Of a DNA stretch of 64,000 nucleotides, positions 1-12,650 are shown one piece after another. The position numbers and the translations under genes are program-made. Source of the DNA: Eledone cirrhosa (lineage: Eukaryota); the NCBI GenBank assembly GCA_964016885.1, contig OZ024747.1, positions 11,346,001 through 11,410,000 of the forward strand, read 5' to 3'. How positions within the stretch are numbered: position 1 is the stretch's first letter; each line of letters starts with the position of its first letter. The notes under the pieces are model-generated. The model had not been told where the DNA came from and searched no databases. It was given only the letters and a program-made list of their open reading frames with translations.

Positions 1-3000
1 GGTCACTTGGTCACTCTAGCCTCTAGCTGCTGTTGTGGGTCACTTGGTCACTCTAGCATCTAGCTGCTGTTGTGGGTCACTTGGTCACTCTAGCCTCTAG
101 CTGCTGTTGTGGGTCAAGTGGTCACTCTAGCTGCTGTTGTGGGTCACTTGGTCACTCTAGCCTCTAGCTGCTGATGTTGGTCACTCTAGCCTCTAGCTGC
201 TGTTGTGGGTCACTTGGTCACTCTAGCATCTAGCTGCTGTTGTGGGTCACTTGGTCACTCTAGCATCTAGCTGCTGTTGCTTGTCACTAGGTCACTCTAG
301 CATCTAGCTGTTGTTGTTGGTCACTTGGTCACTCTAGCCATCTAGCTGTTTTTGTTGGTCACTTGGTCACTCTAGCCTCTAACTGCTGTTGTGGGTCACT
401 TGGTCACTCTAGCCTCTAACTGCTGTTGTGGGTAACTTGGTCACTCTAGCCTCTAGCTGCTGTTGTGGGTCACTTGGTCACTCTAGCCTCTAGCTGTTGT
501 TGTTGGTCACTTGGTCACTCTAGCATCTAGCTGCTGTTGTGGGTCACTTGGTCACTCTAGCCTCTAGCTGCTGTTGTGGGTCACTTGGTCACTCTAGCAT
601 CTAGCTGCTGTTGCTTGTCACTAGGTCACTCTAGCATCTAGCTGTTGTTGTTGGTCACTTGGTCACTCTAGCCATCTAGCTGTTTTTGTTTGTCACTTGG
701 TCACTCTAGCCTCTAACTGCTGTTGTGGGTAACTTGGTCACTCTAGCCTCTAACTGCTGTTGTGGGTCACTTGGTCACTCTAGCCTCTAGCTGTTGTTGT
801 TGGTCACTCTAGCATCTAGCTGCTGTCGTGGGTCACTTGGTCACTCTAGCCTCTAACTGCTGTTGTGGGTCACTTGGTCACTCTAGCATCTAGCTGTTGT
901 TGTTGGTCACTTGGTCACTCTAGCCTCTAACTGCTGTTGTGGGTCACTTGGTCACTCTAGCCTCTAGCTGTTGCTGTTGGTCACTCTAGCTTCAAGCTGT
1001 TGTTGTTTTCCACTTGATCACTCTAGCCTCTAGCTGCTGTTGTGGGTCACTTGGTCACTCTAGCCTCTATCTGCTGTTGTGGGTCACTTGGTCACTCTAG
1101 CCTCTAGCTGTTGTTGCTTGTCACTTGGTCACTCTAGTATCTAGATGCTGTTGTGGGTCAGTTGGTGACTCTAGCCTCTAGCTGTTGTTGCTTGTCACTT
1201 GGTCACTCTAGCCTCTAATTGTTGTTGGTGACTTGGTTTCTCTAGCCTCTAGTTGTTGTTGTAGGTCAGTTGATCACTCTAGCATCTAACTGTTGTTGTT
1301 GGTCACTTGGTCACTCTAGCATCTAGCTGCTGTTGTGGGTCACTTGGTCACTCTAGCCTCTAGCTGCTGTTGTTGGTCACTTGGTCACTCTAGCCTCTAA
1401 CTGCTGTTGTGGGTAACTTGGTCACTCTAGCCTCTAGCTGCTGTTGTGGGTCACTTGGTCACTCTAGCATCTAGCTGCTGTTGCTTGTCACTTGGTCACT
1501 CTAGCCATCTAGCTGTTGTTGTTGGTCACTTGGTCACTCTAGCCTCTAGCTGTTGTTGTTGGTCACTTGGTCACTCTAGCATCTAGCTGCTGTTGCTTGT
1601 CACTTGGTCACTCTAGCCATCTAGCTGCTGTTGTGGGTCACTTGGTCACTCTAGCCTCTAGCTGTTGTTGTTGGTCACTTGGTCACTCTAGCCTCTAACT
1701 GCTGTTGTGGGTAACTTGGTCACTCTAGCCTCTAGCTGCTGTTGTGGGTCACTTGGTCAATCTAGCATCTAGCTGCTGTTGCTTGTCACTTGGTCACTCT
1801 AGCAGCTAGCTGCTGTTGTTGGTAACTTGGTCACTCTAGCCTCTAGCTGCTGTTGCTTGTCACTAGGTCACTCTAGCCTCTAGCTGCTGTTGTGGGTCAC
1901 TTGGTCACTCTAGCCTCTAGCTGTTGTTGTTGGTCACTCTAGCATCTAGCTGCTGTTGTGGGTCACTTGGTCACTGTAGCCTCTAGCTGGTGTCGTGGGT
2001 CACTTGGTCACTCTAGCATCTAGCTGCTGTTGTGGGTCACTTGGTCACTCTAGCATCTAGCTGCTGTTGTGGGTCACTTGGTCACTCTAGCATCTAGCTG
2101 CTGTTGCTTGTCACTAGGTCACTCTAGCATCTAGCTGTTGTTGTTGGTCACTTGGTCACTCTAGCCTCTAACTACTGTTGTGGGTCACTTGGTCACTCTA
2201 GCCTCTAGCTGTTCCTGTTGGTCACTCTAGCTTCAAGCTGTTGTTGTTTGCCACTTGATCACTCTAGCCTCTAGCTGCTGTTGTTGGTCACTTGGTCACT
2301 CTAGCCTGTAGCTGTTTTTGTTGGTCACTTGGTCACTCTAGCCTCTAACTGCTGTTGTGGGTCACTTGGTCACTCTAGCCTCTAACTGCTGTTGTGGGTA
2401 ACTTGGTCACTCTAGCCTCTAGCTGCTGTTGTGGGTCACTTGGTCACTCTAGCCTCTAGCTTTTGTTGTTGGTCACTTGGTCACTCTAGCATCTAGCTGC
2501 TGTTGTGGGTCACTTGGTCACTCTAGCTTCTAGCTGCTGTTGTGGGTCACTTGGTCACTCTAGCATCTAGCTGCTGTTGCTTGTCACTAGGTCACTCTAG
2601 CATCTAGCTGTTGTTGTTGGTCACTCTAGCCATCTAGCTGTTTTTGTTTGTCACTTGGTCACTCTAGCCTCTAACTGCTGTTGTGGGTAACTTGGTCACT
2701 CTAGCCTCTAACTGCTGTTGTGGGTCACTTGGTCACTCTAGCCTCTAGCTGTTGTTGTTGGTCACTCTAGCATCTAGCTGCTGTCGTGGGTCACTTGGTC
2801 ACTCTAGCCTCTAACTGCTGTTGTGGGTCACTTGGTCACTCTAGCATCTAGCTGTTGTTGTTGGTCACTTGGTCACTCTAGCCTCTAACTGCTGTTGTGG
2901 GTCACTTGGTCACTCTAGCCTCTAGCTGTTGCTGTTGGTCACTCTAGCTTCAAGCTGTTGTTGTTTTCCACTTGATCACTCTAGCCTCTAGCTGCTGTTG

Positions 3001-6000
3001 TGGGTCACTTGGTCACTCTAGCCTCTAGCTGCTGTTGTGGGTCACTTGGTCACTCTAGCCTGTAGCTGTTGTTGCTTGTCACTTGGTCACTCTAGTATCT
3101 AGATGCTGTTGTGGGTCAGTTGGTGACTCTAGTTTCTAGCTGTTGTTGCTTGTCACTTGGTCACTCTAGCATCTAGCTGCTGTTTTGGGTCACTTGGTCA
3201 CTCTAGCATCTAATTGTTGTTGGTGACTTGGTTTCTCTAGCCTCTAGTTGTTGTTGTAGGTCAGTTGATCACTCTAGCATCTAACTGTTGTTGTTGGTCA
3301 CTTGGTCACTCTAGCATCTAGCTGCTGTTGTGGGTCACTTGGTCACTGTAGCCTCTAGCTGGTGTCGTGGGTCACTTGGTCACTCTAGCATCTAGCTGCT
3401 GTTGTGGGTCACTTGGTCACTCTAGCATCTAGCTGCTGTTGTGGGTCACTTGGTCACTCTAGCATCTAGCTGCTGTTGCTTGTCACTAGGTCACTCTAGC
3501 ATCTAGCTGTTGTTGTTGGTCACTTGGTCACTCTAGCCTCTAACTACTGTTGTGGGTCACTTGGTCACTCTAGCCTCTAGCTGTTCCTGTTGGTCACTCT
3601 AGCTTCAAGCTGTTGTTGTTTGCCACTTGATCACTCTAGCCTCTAGCTGCTGTTGTTGGTCACTTGGTCACTCTAGCCTGTAGCTGTTTTTGTTGGTCAC
3701 TTGGTCACTCTAGCCTCTAACTGCTGTTGTGGGTCACTTGGTCACTCTAGCCTCTAACTGCTGTTGTGGGTAACTTGGTCACTCTAGCCTCTAGCTGCTG
3801 TTGTGGGTCACTTGGTCACTCTAGCCTCTAGCTGTTGTTGTTGGTCACTTGGTCACTCTAGCATCTAGCTGCTGTTGTGGGTCACTTGGTCACTCTAGCC
3901 TCTAGCTGCTGTTGTGGGTCACTTGGTCACTCTAGCATCTAGCTGCTGTTGCTTGTCACTAGGTCACTCTAGCATCTAGCTGTTGTTGTTGGTCACTCTA
4001 GCCATCTAGCTGTTTTTGTTTGTCACTTGGTCACTCTAGCCTCTAACTGCTGTTGTGGGTAACTTGGTCACTCTAGCCTCTAACTGCTGTTGTGGGTCAC
4101 TTGGTCACTCTAGCCTCTAGCTGTTGTTGTTGGTCACTCTAGCATCTAGCTGCTGTCGTGGGTCACTTGGTCACTCTAGCCTCTAACTGCTGTTGTGGGT
4201 CACTTGGTCACTCTAGCATCTAGCTGTTGTTGTTGGTCACTTGGTCACTCTAGCCTCTAACTGCTGTTGTGGGTCACTTGGTCACTCTAGCCTCTAGCTG
4301 TTGCTGTTGGTCACTCTAGCTTCAAGCTGTTGTTGTTTTCCACTTGATCACTCTAGCCTCTAGCTGCTGTTGTGGGTCACTTGGTCACTCTAGCCTCTAG
4401 CTGCTGTTGTGGGTCACTTGGTCACTCTAGCCTGTAGCTGTTGTTGCTTGTCACTTGGTCACTCTAGTATCTAGATGCTGTTGTGGGTCAGTTGGTGACT
4501 CTAGCCTCTAGCTGTTGTTGCTTGTCACTTGGTCACTCTAGCATCTAGCTGCTGTTTTGGGTCACTTGGTCACTCTAGCATCTAATTGTTGTTGGTGACT
4601 TGGTTTCTCTAGCCTCTAGTTGTTGTTGTAGGTCAGTTGATCACTCTAGCATCTAACTGTTGTTGTTGGTCACTTGGTCACTCTAGCATCTAGCTGCTGT
4701 TGTGGGTCACTTGGTCACTCTAGCCTCTAATTGTTGTTGGTGACTTGGTTTCTCTAGCCTCTAGTTGTTGTTGTAGGTCAGTTGATCACTCTAGCATCTA
4801 ACTGTTGTTGTTGGTCACTTGGTCACTCTAGCATCTAGCTGCTGTTGTGGGTCACTTGGTCACTCTAGCCTCTAGCTGCTGTTGTTGGTCACTTGGTCAC
4901 TCTAGCATCTAACTGTTGTTGTTGGTCACTTGGTCACTCTAGCCTCTAGCTGCTGTTGTGGGTCACTTGGTCACTCTAGCCATCTAGCTGTTGTTGTTGG
5001 TCACTTGGTCACTCTAGCCTCTAACTGCTGTTGTGGGTAACTTGGTCACTCTAGCCTCTAGCTGCTGTTGTGGGTCACTTGGTCACTCTAGCATCTAGCT
5101 GCTGTTGCTTGTCACTTGGTCACTCTAGCAGCTAGCTGCTGTTGTTGGTCACTTGGTCACTCTAGCCTCTAACTGTTGTTGTGGGTAACTTGGTCACTCT
5201 AGCCTCTAGCTGCTGTTGTGGGTCACTTGGTCACTCTAGCCTCTAGCTGTTGTTGTTGGTCACTCTAGCCTCTAGCTGCTGTTGCTTGTCACTAGGTCAC
5301 TCTAGCCTCTAGCTGCTGTTGTGGGTCACTTGGTCACTCTAGCCTCTAGCTGTTGTTGTTGGTCACTCTAGCATCTAGCTGCTGTTGTGGGTCACTTGGT
5401 CACTGTAGCCTCTAGCTGGTGTCGTGGGTCACTTGGTCACTCTAGCATCTAGCTGCTGTTGTGGGTCACTTGGTCACTCTAGCATCTAGCTGCTGTTGTG
5501 GGTCACTTGGTCACTCTAGCATCTAGCTGCTGTTGCTTGTCACTAGGTCACTCTAGCATCTAGCTGTTGTTGTTGGTCACTTGGTCACTCTAGCCTCTAA
5601 CTACTGTTGTGGGTCACTTGGTCACTCTAGCCTCTAGCTGTTCCTGTTGGTCACTCTAGCTTCAAGCTGTTGTTGTTTGCCACTTGATCACTCTAGCCTC
5701 TAGCTGCTGTTGTGGGTCACTTGGTCACTCTAGCCTGTAGCTGTTGTTGCTTGTGACTTGGTCACTCTAGTATCTAGATGCTGTTGTGGGTCAGTTGATG
5801 ACTCTAGCCTCTAGCTGTTGTTGCTTGTCACTTGGTCACTCTAGCATCTAGCTGTTGTGGGTCACTTGGTCACTCTAGCATCTAGATGCTGTTGTGGGTC
5901 AGTTGGTGACTCTAGCCTCTAGCTGTTGTTGCTTGTCACTTGGTCACTCTAGCATCTAGCTGCTGTTGTGGGTCACTTGGTGACTCTAGCCTCTAGCTAT

Positions 6001-6100
6001 TGTTGTTGATCACTTGGTCACTCTAGCATCTAGCTGTTGTTGTGGGTCAGTTGGTCACTCTAGCCTCTAGCTGCTGTTGTGGGTCAGTTGGTCACTCTAG
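1..6100. repeat. Satellite array, 37-bp unit GGTCACTTGGTCACTCTAGCCTCTAGCTGCTGTTGTG, with higher-order blocks; runs off the window start
   Basis: The unit recurs at positions 1 and 38 and continues to about 6100. Diagnostic variant monomers recur at about 1372-bp and about 2056-bp spacing. Confidence 0.97.
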
Positions 6101-6705
6101 CTTCTGCTGTGTGTATGTGTCCCCCTGTGTGTGCATGTGTATGTGTGTCCCTGTGTGTGTCTGTGTGCATGTATATGTGTGTCCCTATGTGTGTGTGTGC
6201 ATGTGTATGTGTGTGTGCATGTGCATGTGTATCAGTGTCCCTGTGTGTGTATGTGTGTCTGTGTGCATGTGTATCAGTGTCCCTGTGTGTACATGCGCAT
6301 GTGTCTGTGTGCACACATCATATATTTATGTGTATGATGATACTATAGTTATTTTATATTTAGTTAGTGAAAGTTAAGGTCTACCCCTGTTTACAGACCA
6401 AGAAAAACTAGAAACATCAACAACCATGTTTTCTCTCTCCTCCCCCTACTACTCCTCCGAAACTGTTTGACTTATTCAGGGTATATTTGGGGTGGCGGGA
6501 GAGGAACAACATTAGACACGCCTTCAACAAATCTCACACTCCTCACACCACTGACACCGTCATTCAATACACACACACACACATATGCATATATATATAT
6601 ACCCGCCCTCACCTGACACCCTGTCATTCAACTCACATATATATATATACATACATACCCACGGTCATTCAATACACACACACATGTATATAATGCATGT
6701 ATGTA

Positions 6706-6740
<35 letters not shown>

Positions 6741-6748
<8 letters not shown>

Positions 6749-6940
6749 TATAGCAGGAGCTTCTACAGGACTAGTACTGTTTCATTCAGATGAAATCTTC
6801 AGGAAGCTCTTCCTGAAGATTTCATCTGAATGAAACAGTCCTAGTCCTGTAGAAGCTCCTTCTATAAAATAAAAAATTTTACTCTGCCATGTATTGAGTA
6901 CCTTACTTACTGTGGTTATCCCCGACTCAACCCGGGACCT
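6741..6940 (+). mobile_element. Fold-back palindrome with one-sided tail; Penelope-like element terminus (family A)
   Basis: Near-perfect arms of about 60 bp centred at 6807-6808 (AGGAAG CT CTTCCT). AATAAA and GTATTGAGTAC (6891-6901) follow on one side, and (TA)n flanks both sides. Related copies lie at 19600-19712, 22066-22120 and 63061-63146. Confidence 0.65.
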
Positions 6941-6942
6941 AC

Positions 6943-6993
<51 letters not shown>

Positions 6994-7091
6994 TACCCTC
7001 ACATCCGACACCCTGTCATTCAGCACACACATATATATGTATTCATACATACGCACACCTATACGTGGGTATGTGTGTGATAGTGAACAGA

Positions 7092-7385
7092 AGCTGCAGC
7101 TGCTGTTGTTGTTGTTGCTGCTGCTGCTGCTGCTGCTATTGTTGTTATTATTGCTGCTGCTACTGCTGTTGTTGTTATTGCTGCTGCTGCTGCTATTGTT
7201 GTTATTATTGCTGCTGCTACTGCTGTTGATGTTGCTGCTGCTGTCGCCATTATCGTTGTTGCTGTTGTCATTACTATTGTTGATGTTGTTGTTGCTGCTG
7301 TCGCCATTATTGTTGTTGTTGTTTCCAATATTGTTATGGCTGTCGCCATTGTTATTGTTGTTATTGTTGCTGTCACCATTATTGT
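7092..7385. repeat. (GCT/GTT/ATT)n trinucleotide low-complexity tract
   Basis: Read directly; it explains the poly-L, poly-C and poly-T/A ORFs. Confidence 0.9.
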
Positions 7386-7863
7386 TATATCAAAAAAGAA
7401 ACTCTGGTGAGAAACTATCCCTATGTCTGACATTTTCAAAAAATATTTCTCACGTGACATGGGAGATTTCAAATATATTCAGGACAATAGAATTTCAGAT
7501 TACCCCCCTTTGAAAGGTCCCTAAGAATATTACCTCTAAACCCAGCTAACGGGTCCCTGTCCCTCCTAATTTCTTTTGGCATTCTTATCTACCTCATTTG
7601 GCCACAGTTAAAATATGATGTAGGAATCGCACGTGCTCTTGGGTCAACATCGACAAAAGTGACATTGGCACATTGATTTCAGTCAGGGTACAGAAAGGGT
7701 CTGGCCTAAGAAGTGCAGACACGAGAGGGGTGAAGATCTGAGAGGTGAAGACCTGAAATGGCGACCTGAGAGGGGTGCAATATTGAACACTGACACTTCC
7801 GTTCTCAGCACAACCTCACTCGGGTTGAAAATCTGCGAAGTGAAAAGCATGCATGGTTTGATA

Positions 7864-8137
7864 ATTTGTTGTAGAATTAACTATTTACCGAACTCATCTT
7901 CTGGATTGAGGTCTCTACTTACTACAGATATAACCATCTAGTTTTTTGCCACCCAGGGGCCTCGTTTGCCTTTAAAATGTGAGAGGGACAAACCAATATT
8001 TGTTGTAGAATTAACTATTTACCGAACTCATCCTCTGGACTGAGGACTCTACTTACTACAGATATAACCACCTAGTTTTTTTTACTACCCAGGGGCCTCG
8101 TTTGCCTTAAAAATGTGAGGGGGACAAGCCAATATTT
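7864..8137. repeat. Tandem duplication of about 134 bp
   Basis: ATTTGTTGTAGAATTAACTATTTACCGAACTCATC... starts at 7864 and again at 7998 with few differences. Confidence 0.9.
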
Positions 8138-8534
8138 GCTGATTCTTAAAGGAGCATAAATTGCTTATGGTGCCTTTCCCGGACCCTATCACATAAGTAA
8201 AATTTTACTCTAATTAAATTTTATATATTCGAATGAAGTTCAGATGTAAAAAAATAAGCTTAAAAAGAATTTATTATATCAAATAAACAAAAAAATAAAA
8301 TATAGACGTTTGAAAATGTGGGGAGGACTTGTACCCTGGTACCCCCTTGAAACAAGGTCCTTGTTTACCACTATAATATGTCTATATATCCAGTTCTCGG
8401 CTGTTCTGCTAAAGGTAGCGATACAGCCACCAGATATGATGGTTAGTTGCGATATAAGCTGGCAACTGCCGGACGAATATATATCAAGACTAAACCAGTA
8501 TTAAACTTAGACCATTATTCAACAGAGTACTCAA

Positions 8535-8760
8535 TACTTCCGGTCGCTCTCCGACAGGTTTGCGGTTGTACCCTTGGCAGTGGAGACTTCTGGTGTTCTC
8601 GGCCCTAGGGCTACCTTCCTACTTACCACCATCGGCCCTAGGGCTACCTTCCTACTTACCGCCACAGGTGTGAGCCCCGCGAATTGGAGTGGCCCTTCCA
8701 GCGCGTCTCCCTTGCCGTCCTCCGGGGAAACGCCTTCTCTATTGTCCGCCGGGGTTGTGG
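8535..8760 (+). mobile_element. Decayed 3' fragment of a CRE-like (restriction-like endonuclease) non-LTR retrotransposon
   Basis: Translates to ...SLSDRFAVVPLAVETSGVLGPRATFLLTTIG and, after a frameshift, QRVSLAVLRGNAFSI, a typical RLE-domain C-terminus. A second copy lies at 27810-28035. Confidence 0.65.
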
Positions 8761-9250
8761 GGGAGACAAGCCGATTATATTACGAATTCTGTTGAATAGT
8801 CTTAAATACTTCAATATGCTGTACTATAGCAGCACTTATTGGTCTCTACCGCTTGTCTAACCATACCTTACATTGTGTACAATGTAAACTTATCTATGAG
8901 GCTACAGAAGTAAGCTTCTTGGTGGCAGATTGATAATGTAAACTTGGGATAGTAGAGTGTGACTATATTAGAAAGAATCGGGACAGCTAGTTCCAAACTC
9001 CAGAGTCTGGGACTGTGTGTATGTATGTATGTGTATGCACGTATGTGTATTTGTATGTCGTGTATGTGTGTATTTCGTCCTAACTGTATGACTTAACAAC
9101 ACAGTTTGTAGGGAAATAATTCCTGTCACACCACAATCTTTGTTGACCTCTCCGTGACCTGGCTGGCATTTTACTATAGTCATGTAGTATTAGTTGTATT
9201 AGTTCATGAATGACTTCGTGTTTGCCTGGCTACACACATACACATGTATA

Positions 9251-9282
<32 letters not shown>

Positions 9283-9357
9283 TGTGTGTGCGTGTACACA
9301 CACACACACATTTATATATTTATGTATATCATAAATATATGTGTAAGTGTGTTTGCA

Positions 9358-9490
9358 AGTTACGGCCCTTGCCATTCTGAGTTCAAATCCCGCCGAGGTT
9401 AACTTTGCCTTTCATCCTTACGGGGTCGATAAAATAAAGTACCAGTAATTTACTGAGATAATTGCTGGCCTTGTGCCAAAAGTAGAAACA
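9358..9490 (+). mobile_element. tRNA-derived SINE family 1, 5'-truncated
   Basis: B-box GAGTTCAAATCC followed by GCCTTTCATCCTTACGGGGTCGATAAAATAAAGTACCAG; the window has about a dozen full or partial copies. Confidence 0.85.
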
Positions 9491-10089
9491 ATTATTTCAT
9501 AAAGCGTTGCTGGAATTTTCTGAATATAATCAGTAACAACAACAATAACAACAGAAACAACACGCACCACCAATACTAAACAGCAACAACGTTACCCCAC
9601 AATCACCACCACAACATCCATTACACCATCGCCACCACTACCACCACCACCATCACCAACACCACCACAACTATCACCAACACCACCACCACCACCACTA
9701 CCGCAGTCACCATCACCACCATTACCACAACCACCAGCCCCTACCTAACATATCATATAACAATACACAAAGTAGTCTGTCTCTCTTATCCCCTCCTCCC
9801 TTCTATGTTGACCTCATTATGTTCACACATCAGTTTTTATGTCTCACTTCTCTCTCTCTCTACCTATCTACATACCTAATGACATCCTGTCTCTTTACAT
9901 ACATACACATACATACACACACACATATATATATACATATACACACAAGTGTTTTCCTCCTGAAAAAAAAGGTATATATATGAAGATTGTGTTTCGTTAT
10001 TTCGTGGGCCGAGATTCCGATTCTCGATAATTTATATGTATATATATATGTATGCAAAAGTTCTATTTAAATTGTTGGGATACAACAAG

Positions 10090-10371
10090 CAAATATTTTT
10101 ATAACTGATATAAAGCACTCAACAACATACGATATTAACAAATGGAAACTATATTTATAAAACCATATTTATTTCATTATAGATATTTCAAGGACACCGA
10201 GTTAAATTATGGTGTGCTTTCATCAGACAAAATATAATATAGATCAGTTTTATAAATAAATATTGACATACCCTTAAAAAATGCAACCATTACTGTTGGA
10301 AGCTCCCGGATATATATATAATTAAATAAATATGGTTTTATAAATATAGTTTCCATTTGTTAATATCGTAT
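10090..10371 (-). mobile_element. Inverted-repeat Penelope-like terminus containing a minimal hammerhead motif
   Basis: Arms 10127-10185 and 10310-10371 are reverse complements. The minus strand reads CTGATGA(10226-10220)-aagcacacc...ggtgtcctt-GAAA(10189-10186)-TATC. Confidence 0.6.
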
Positions 10372-10640
10372 ATATTTATGTACATATATATATTTTTTCA
10401 GGAGGAAAACACGTGTGTGGATTTCTAAAATCTCTCTCTCTCTCTATATATATATATATAAATATAACCTCAGCATTTATATATATATATACGTGTGTGT
10501 GTGTGTGTGTGTGTATAGTCGGCTAATCTGCACACGTGCTTTTTCCAGAAACATTTTTTACCCGTTTTCTTTCTCCTTTTTCTCTCTCCCTCTCACCCTA
10601 TCTTCCGATGAATTCTTGACGTCCGAAACGTTAGTGTCTG

Positions 10641-10776
10641 TTTATTTTATCAATTCCGTAAAGTTGAAAGGCAAAACTAACCTGGGTGGAATTTGAAATC
10701 CGAACGTGAAGGGTCATAACTCTATGCCGCTAAGCAGGTTGTCCGACGCTCTACTGATACGGCCAATCTACCGCCC
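10641..10776 (-). mobile_element. tRNA-derived SINE family 1
   Basis: Diverged reverse complement of the 26391-26576 copy. Confidence 0.75.
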
Positions 10777-11074
10777 TCACAAAGCACATAAATAACAATA
10801 GGAGAAATTTAAGACATTTTATTTACCTTATACGTCTTTCAACAAGAATGTAAGGAAATGGTGAAAAAGTTCGCACAAGATCCATTGTTAATATATATCT
10901 TATCTTGTAACTCACGAGGGAGTGTTAAGGGCGCCATATTATCATAACGCGTTTCTAGGGCAATTCTTTTAACCTGGCAGAATCCATTACCTTTCCAGGC
11001 CTGAATACAGAAGATTTCTCCCACAGAGGGATAGAGAGTGAGAAAATGGAAGTAAGAAAGAGGTATAGAGGAAT

Positions 11075-11236
11075 AATCAATCCCATTACTTGACTGGTAC
11101 TTTATTTTATCCACCTCGAAAGGATGAAAGGCAAAGTTGACCTCAGCGTGATTTGAACTCAGAGAGTAGACAGACAAAACAAACACCGCAAAGTATTCTA
11201 TCCGACGTTTTAGTGACTCTGCCAATTCACCGCCTT
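11075..11236 (-). mobile_element. tRNA-derived SINE family 1
   Basis: CTGGTACTTTATTTTATC...GGATGAAAGGCAAAGTTGACCTC...ATTTGAACTC...GCCAATTCACCGCC. Confidence 0.8.
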
Positions 11237-12139
11237 ATTAATCTAAGCATTGACTCGTGTAATTTGTATTAAACATTAATTCTACTCAATGTTGTATCTC
11301 CAGAGACTTCATAACATATACCAAATAAGTTATGTCAGTATAAAACACATCCCTGTATCACAACAATGTCATGCTATCATAAGGACTGTGCTCGAGGCAG
11401 CTATCTAGTTGGCCTTAATGCTGGCACTCGCAACCCTACACGGGAGAAGTCAATTGGAGAAAACTTTTTCTTCATCATCCCTCAACAAATTCTTCACGTA
11501 AGTTTCTCCTTAATAGTCGATGTGACTCTAGTTTGGCCTCGTCAATTATAAGAAACGAAATGCCATCGACCAGGAAGACAGTGTCATCAGAAGTAGATTA
11601 GGGTAGGGGTTGAAGGCGGATTGACCTGTTGACGGCGGTGTGTGTGTGTATATGAGACGTTGGTATGCGTGTGTGTGTGGACATGTGGTAAGGCTATGTA
11701 TGTTTATATATGTATGTGAGAGACAGTGTGTGTATATGTGTTGACATGTCGTTTATGTATGTGTGTGTGAGAGTGTGTATGTGTAGACATGTGGTCTATA
11801 TATGTGTATGAGATTGTGTATGTGTATGTGATAATCAAGGAAATCTATATCAAATTGGATTGTTCCAATTATTGAATACACAGAACTAGAGCCATACAAT
11901 ATCACGCGAGTTATCAATATCGATTGTGGTGATGACAGTGGCGACGTCAACATTAAGGACAACAATAACAGGGGGAGTGGAGTGATGATGGGCGTGTGGG
12001 TAATGGTGAGAGTGGGGTTGATGGTTGTGGTAAGAGTCTTCAATGATAGATACTTTAACCTAATTTTTTCAACTATTATAGAGATCGCAGATTATGTGTA
12101 TTAAGTAAGTACTCAATACATATAAGACGTGTCCAAATT

Positions 12140-12650
12140 ATGTCTTCGCTCACTTATTCCTGAGAGGGTCGTGGGGGAAGAGTCCTCAAACAATCCTTTC
12201 AGCGGGTCCTGCCAGGAGCAACTGGTTTCAACTGATCCAGCTGGATTTCCAAGCGAGACCAGCCAAGCTCATAGATGTTATCCAACCATCTTGCTTGGGG
12301 GCTACCCCTTGGGCTCCTGCCGGTTAGCTTTACTGGTGACATTCTAACAACATGCTTGTAGTATCGGAACTGTGATCTCTCAATTTGGAGAAGTAGAGGC
12401 TCTACTTGGAGTGGCTCTCTAATCTCCGAGTTACGCACTCTATTGAGTAATGTTACTCCAAAGATCCTTCGGAGGAACCCCATTTCGGTCGCTTGTATTC
12501 CCTATCATATTCTTTCGGTCGTTACCCAAGATTCATGACAATAGGTAGGGGTTGGCACGAATAATGAATTGAAGATAGCGAGTTTGGCTTTTACACCTAA
12601 CTCCCTTCTTCTGATTACTGAATGCTGAAGCTGGTACATTACTGCACCAT
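12140..12650 (-). mobile_element. RTE-clade LINE 3' fragment (decayed)
   Basis: ORF MGFLRRIFGVTLLNRVRNSEIREPLQVEPLLLQIERSQFRYY matches the post-RT region of RTE elements. A homologous copy lies at 58570-59070. Confidence 0.8.

Noticed and set aside
1-6100. CRISPR-like array (37-bp period)
   Set aside because: Monomers are directly adjacent with no unique spacers and no cas genes, in a eukaryotic context.
7037-7513. Poly-Leu signal or membrane protein ORF
   Set aside because: Trinucleotide repeat tract with no supporting exon structure.
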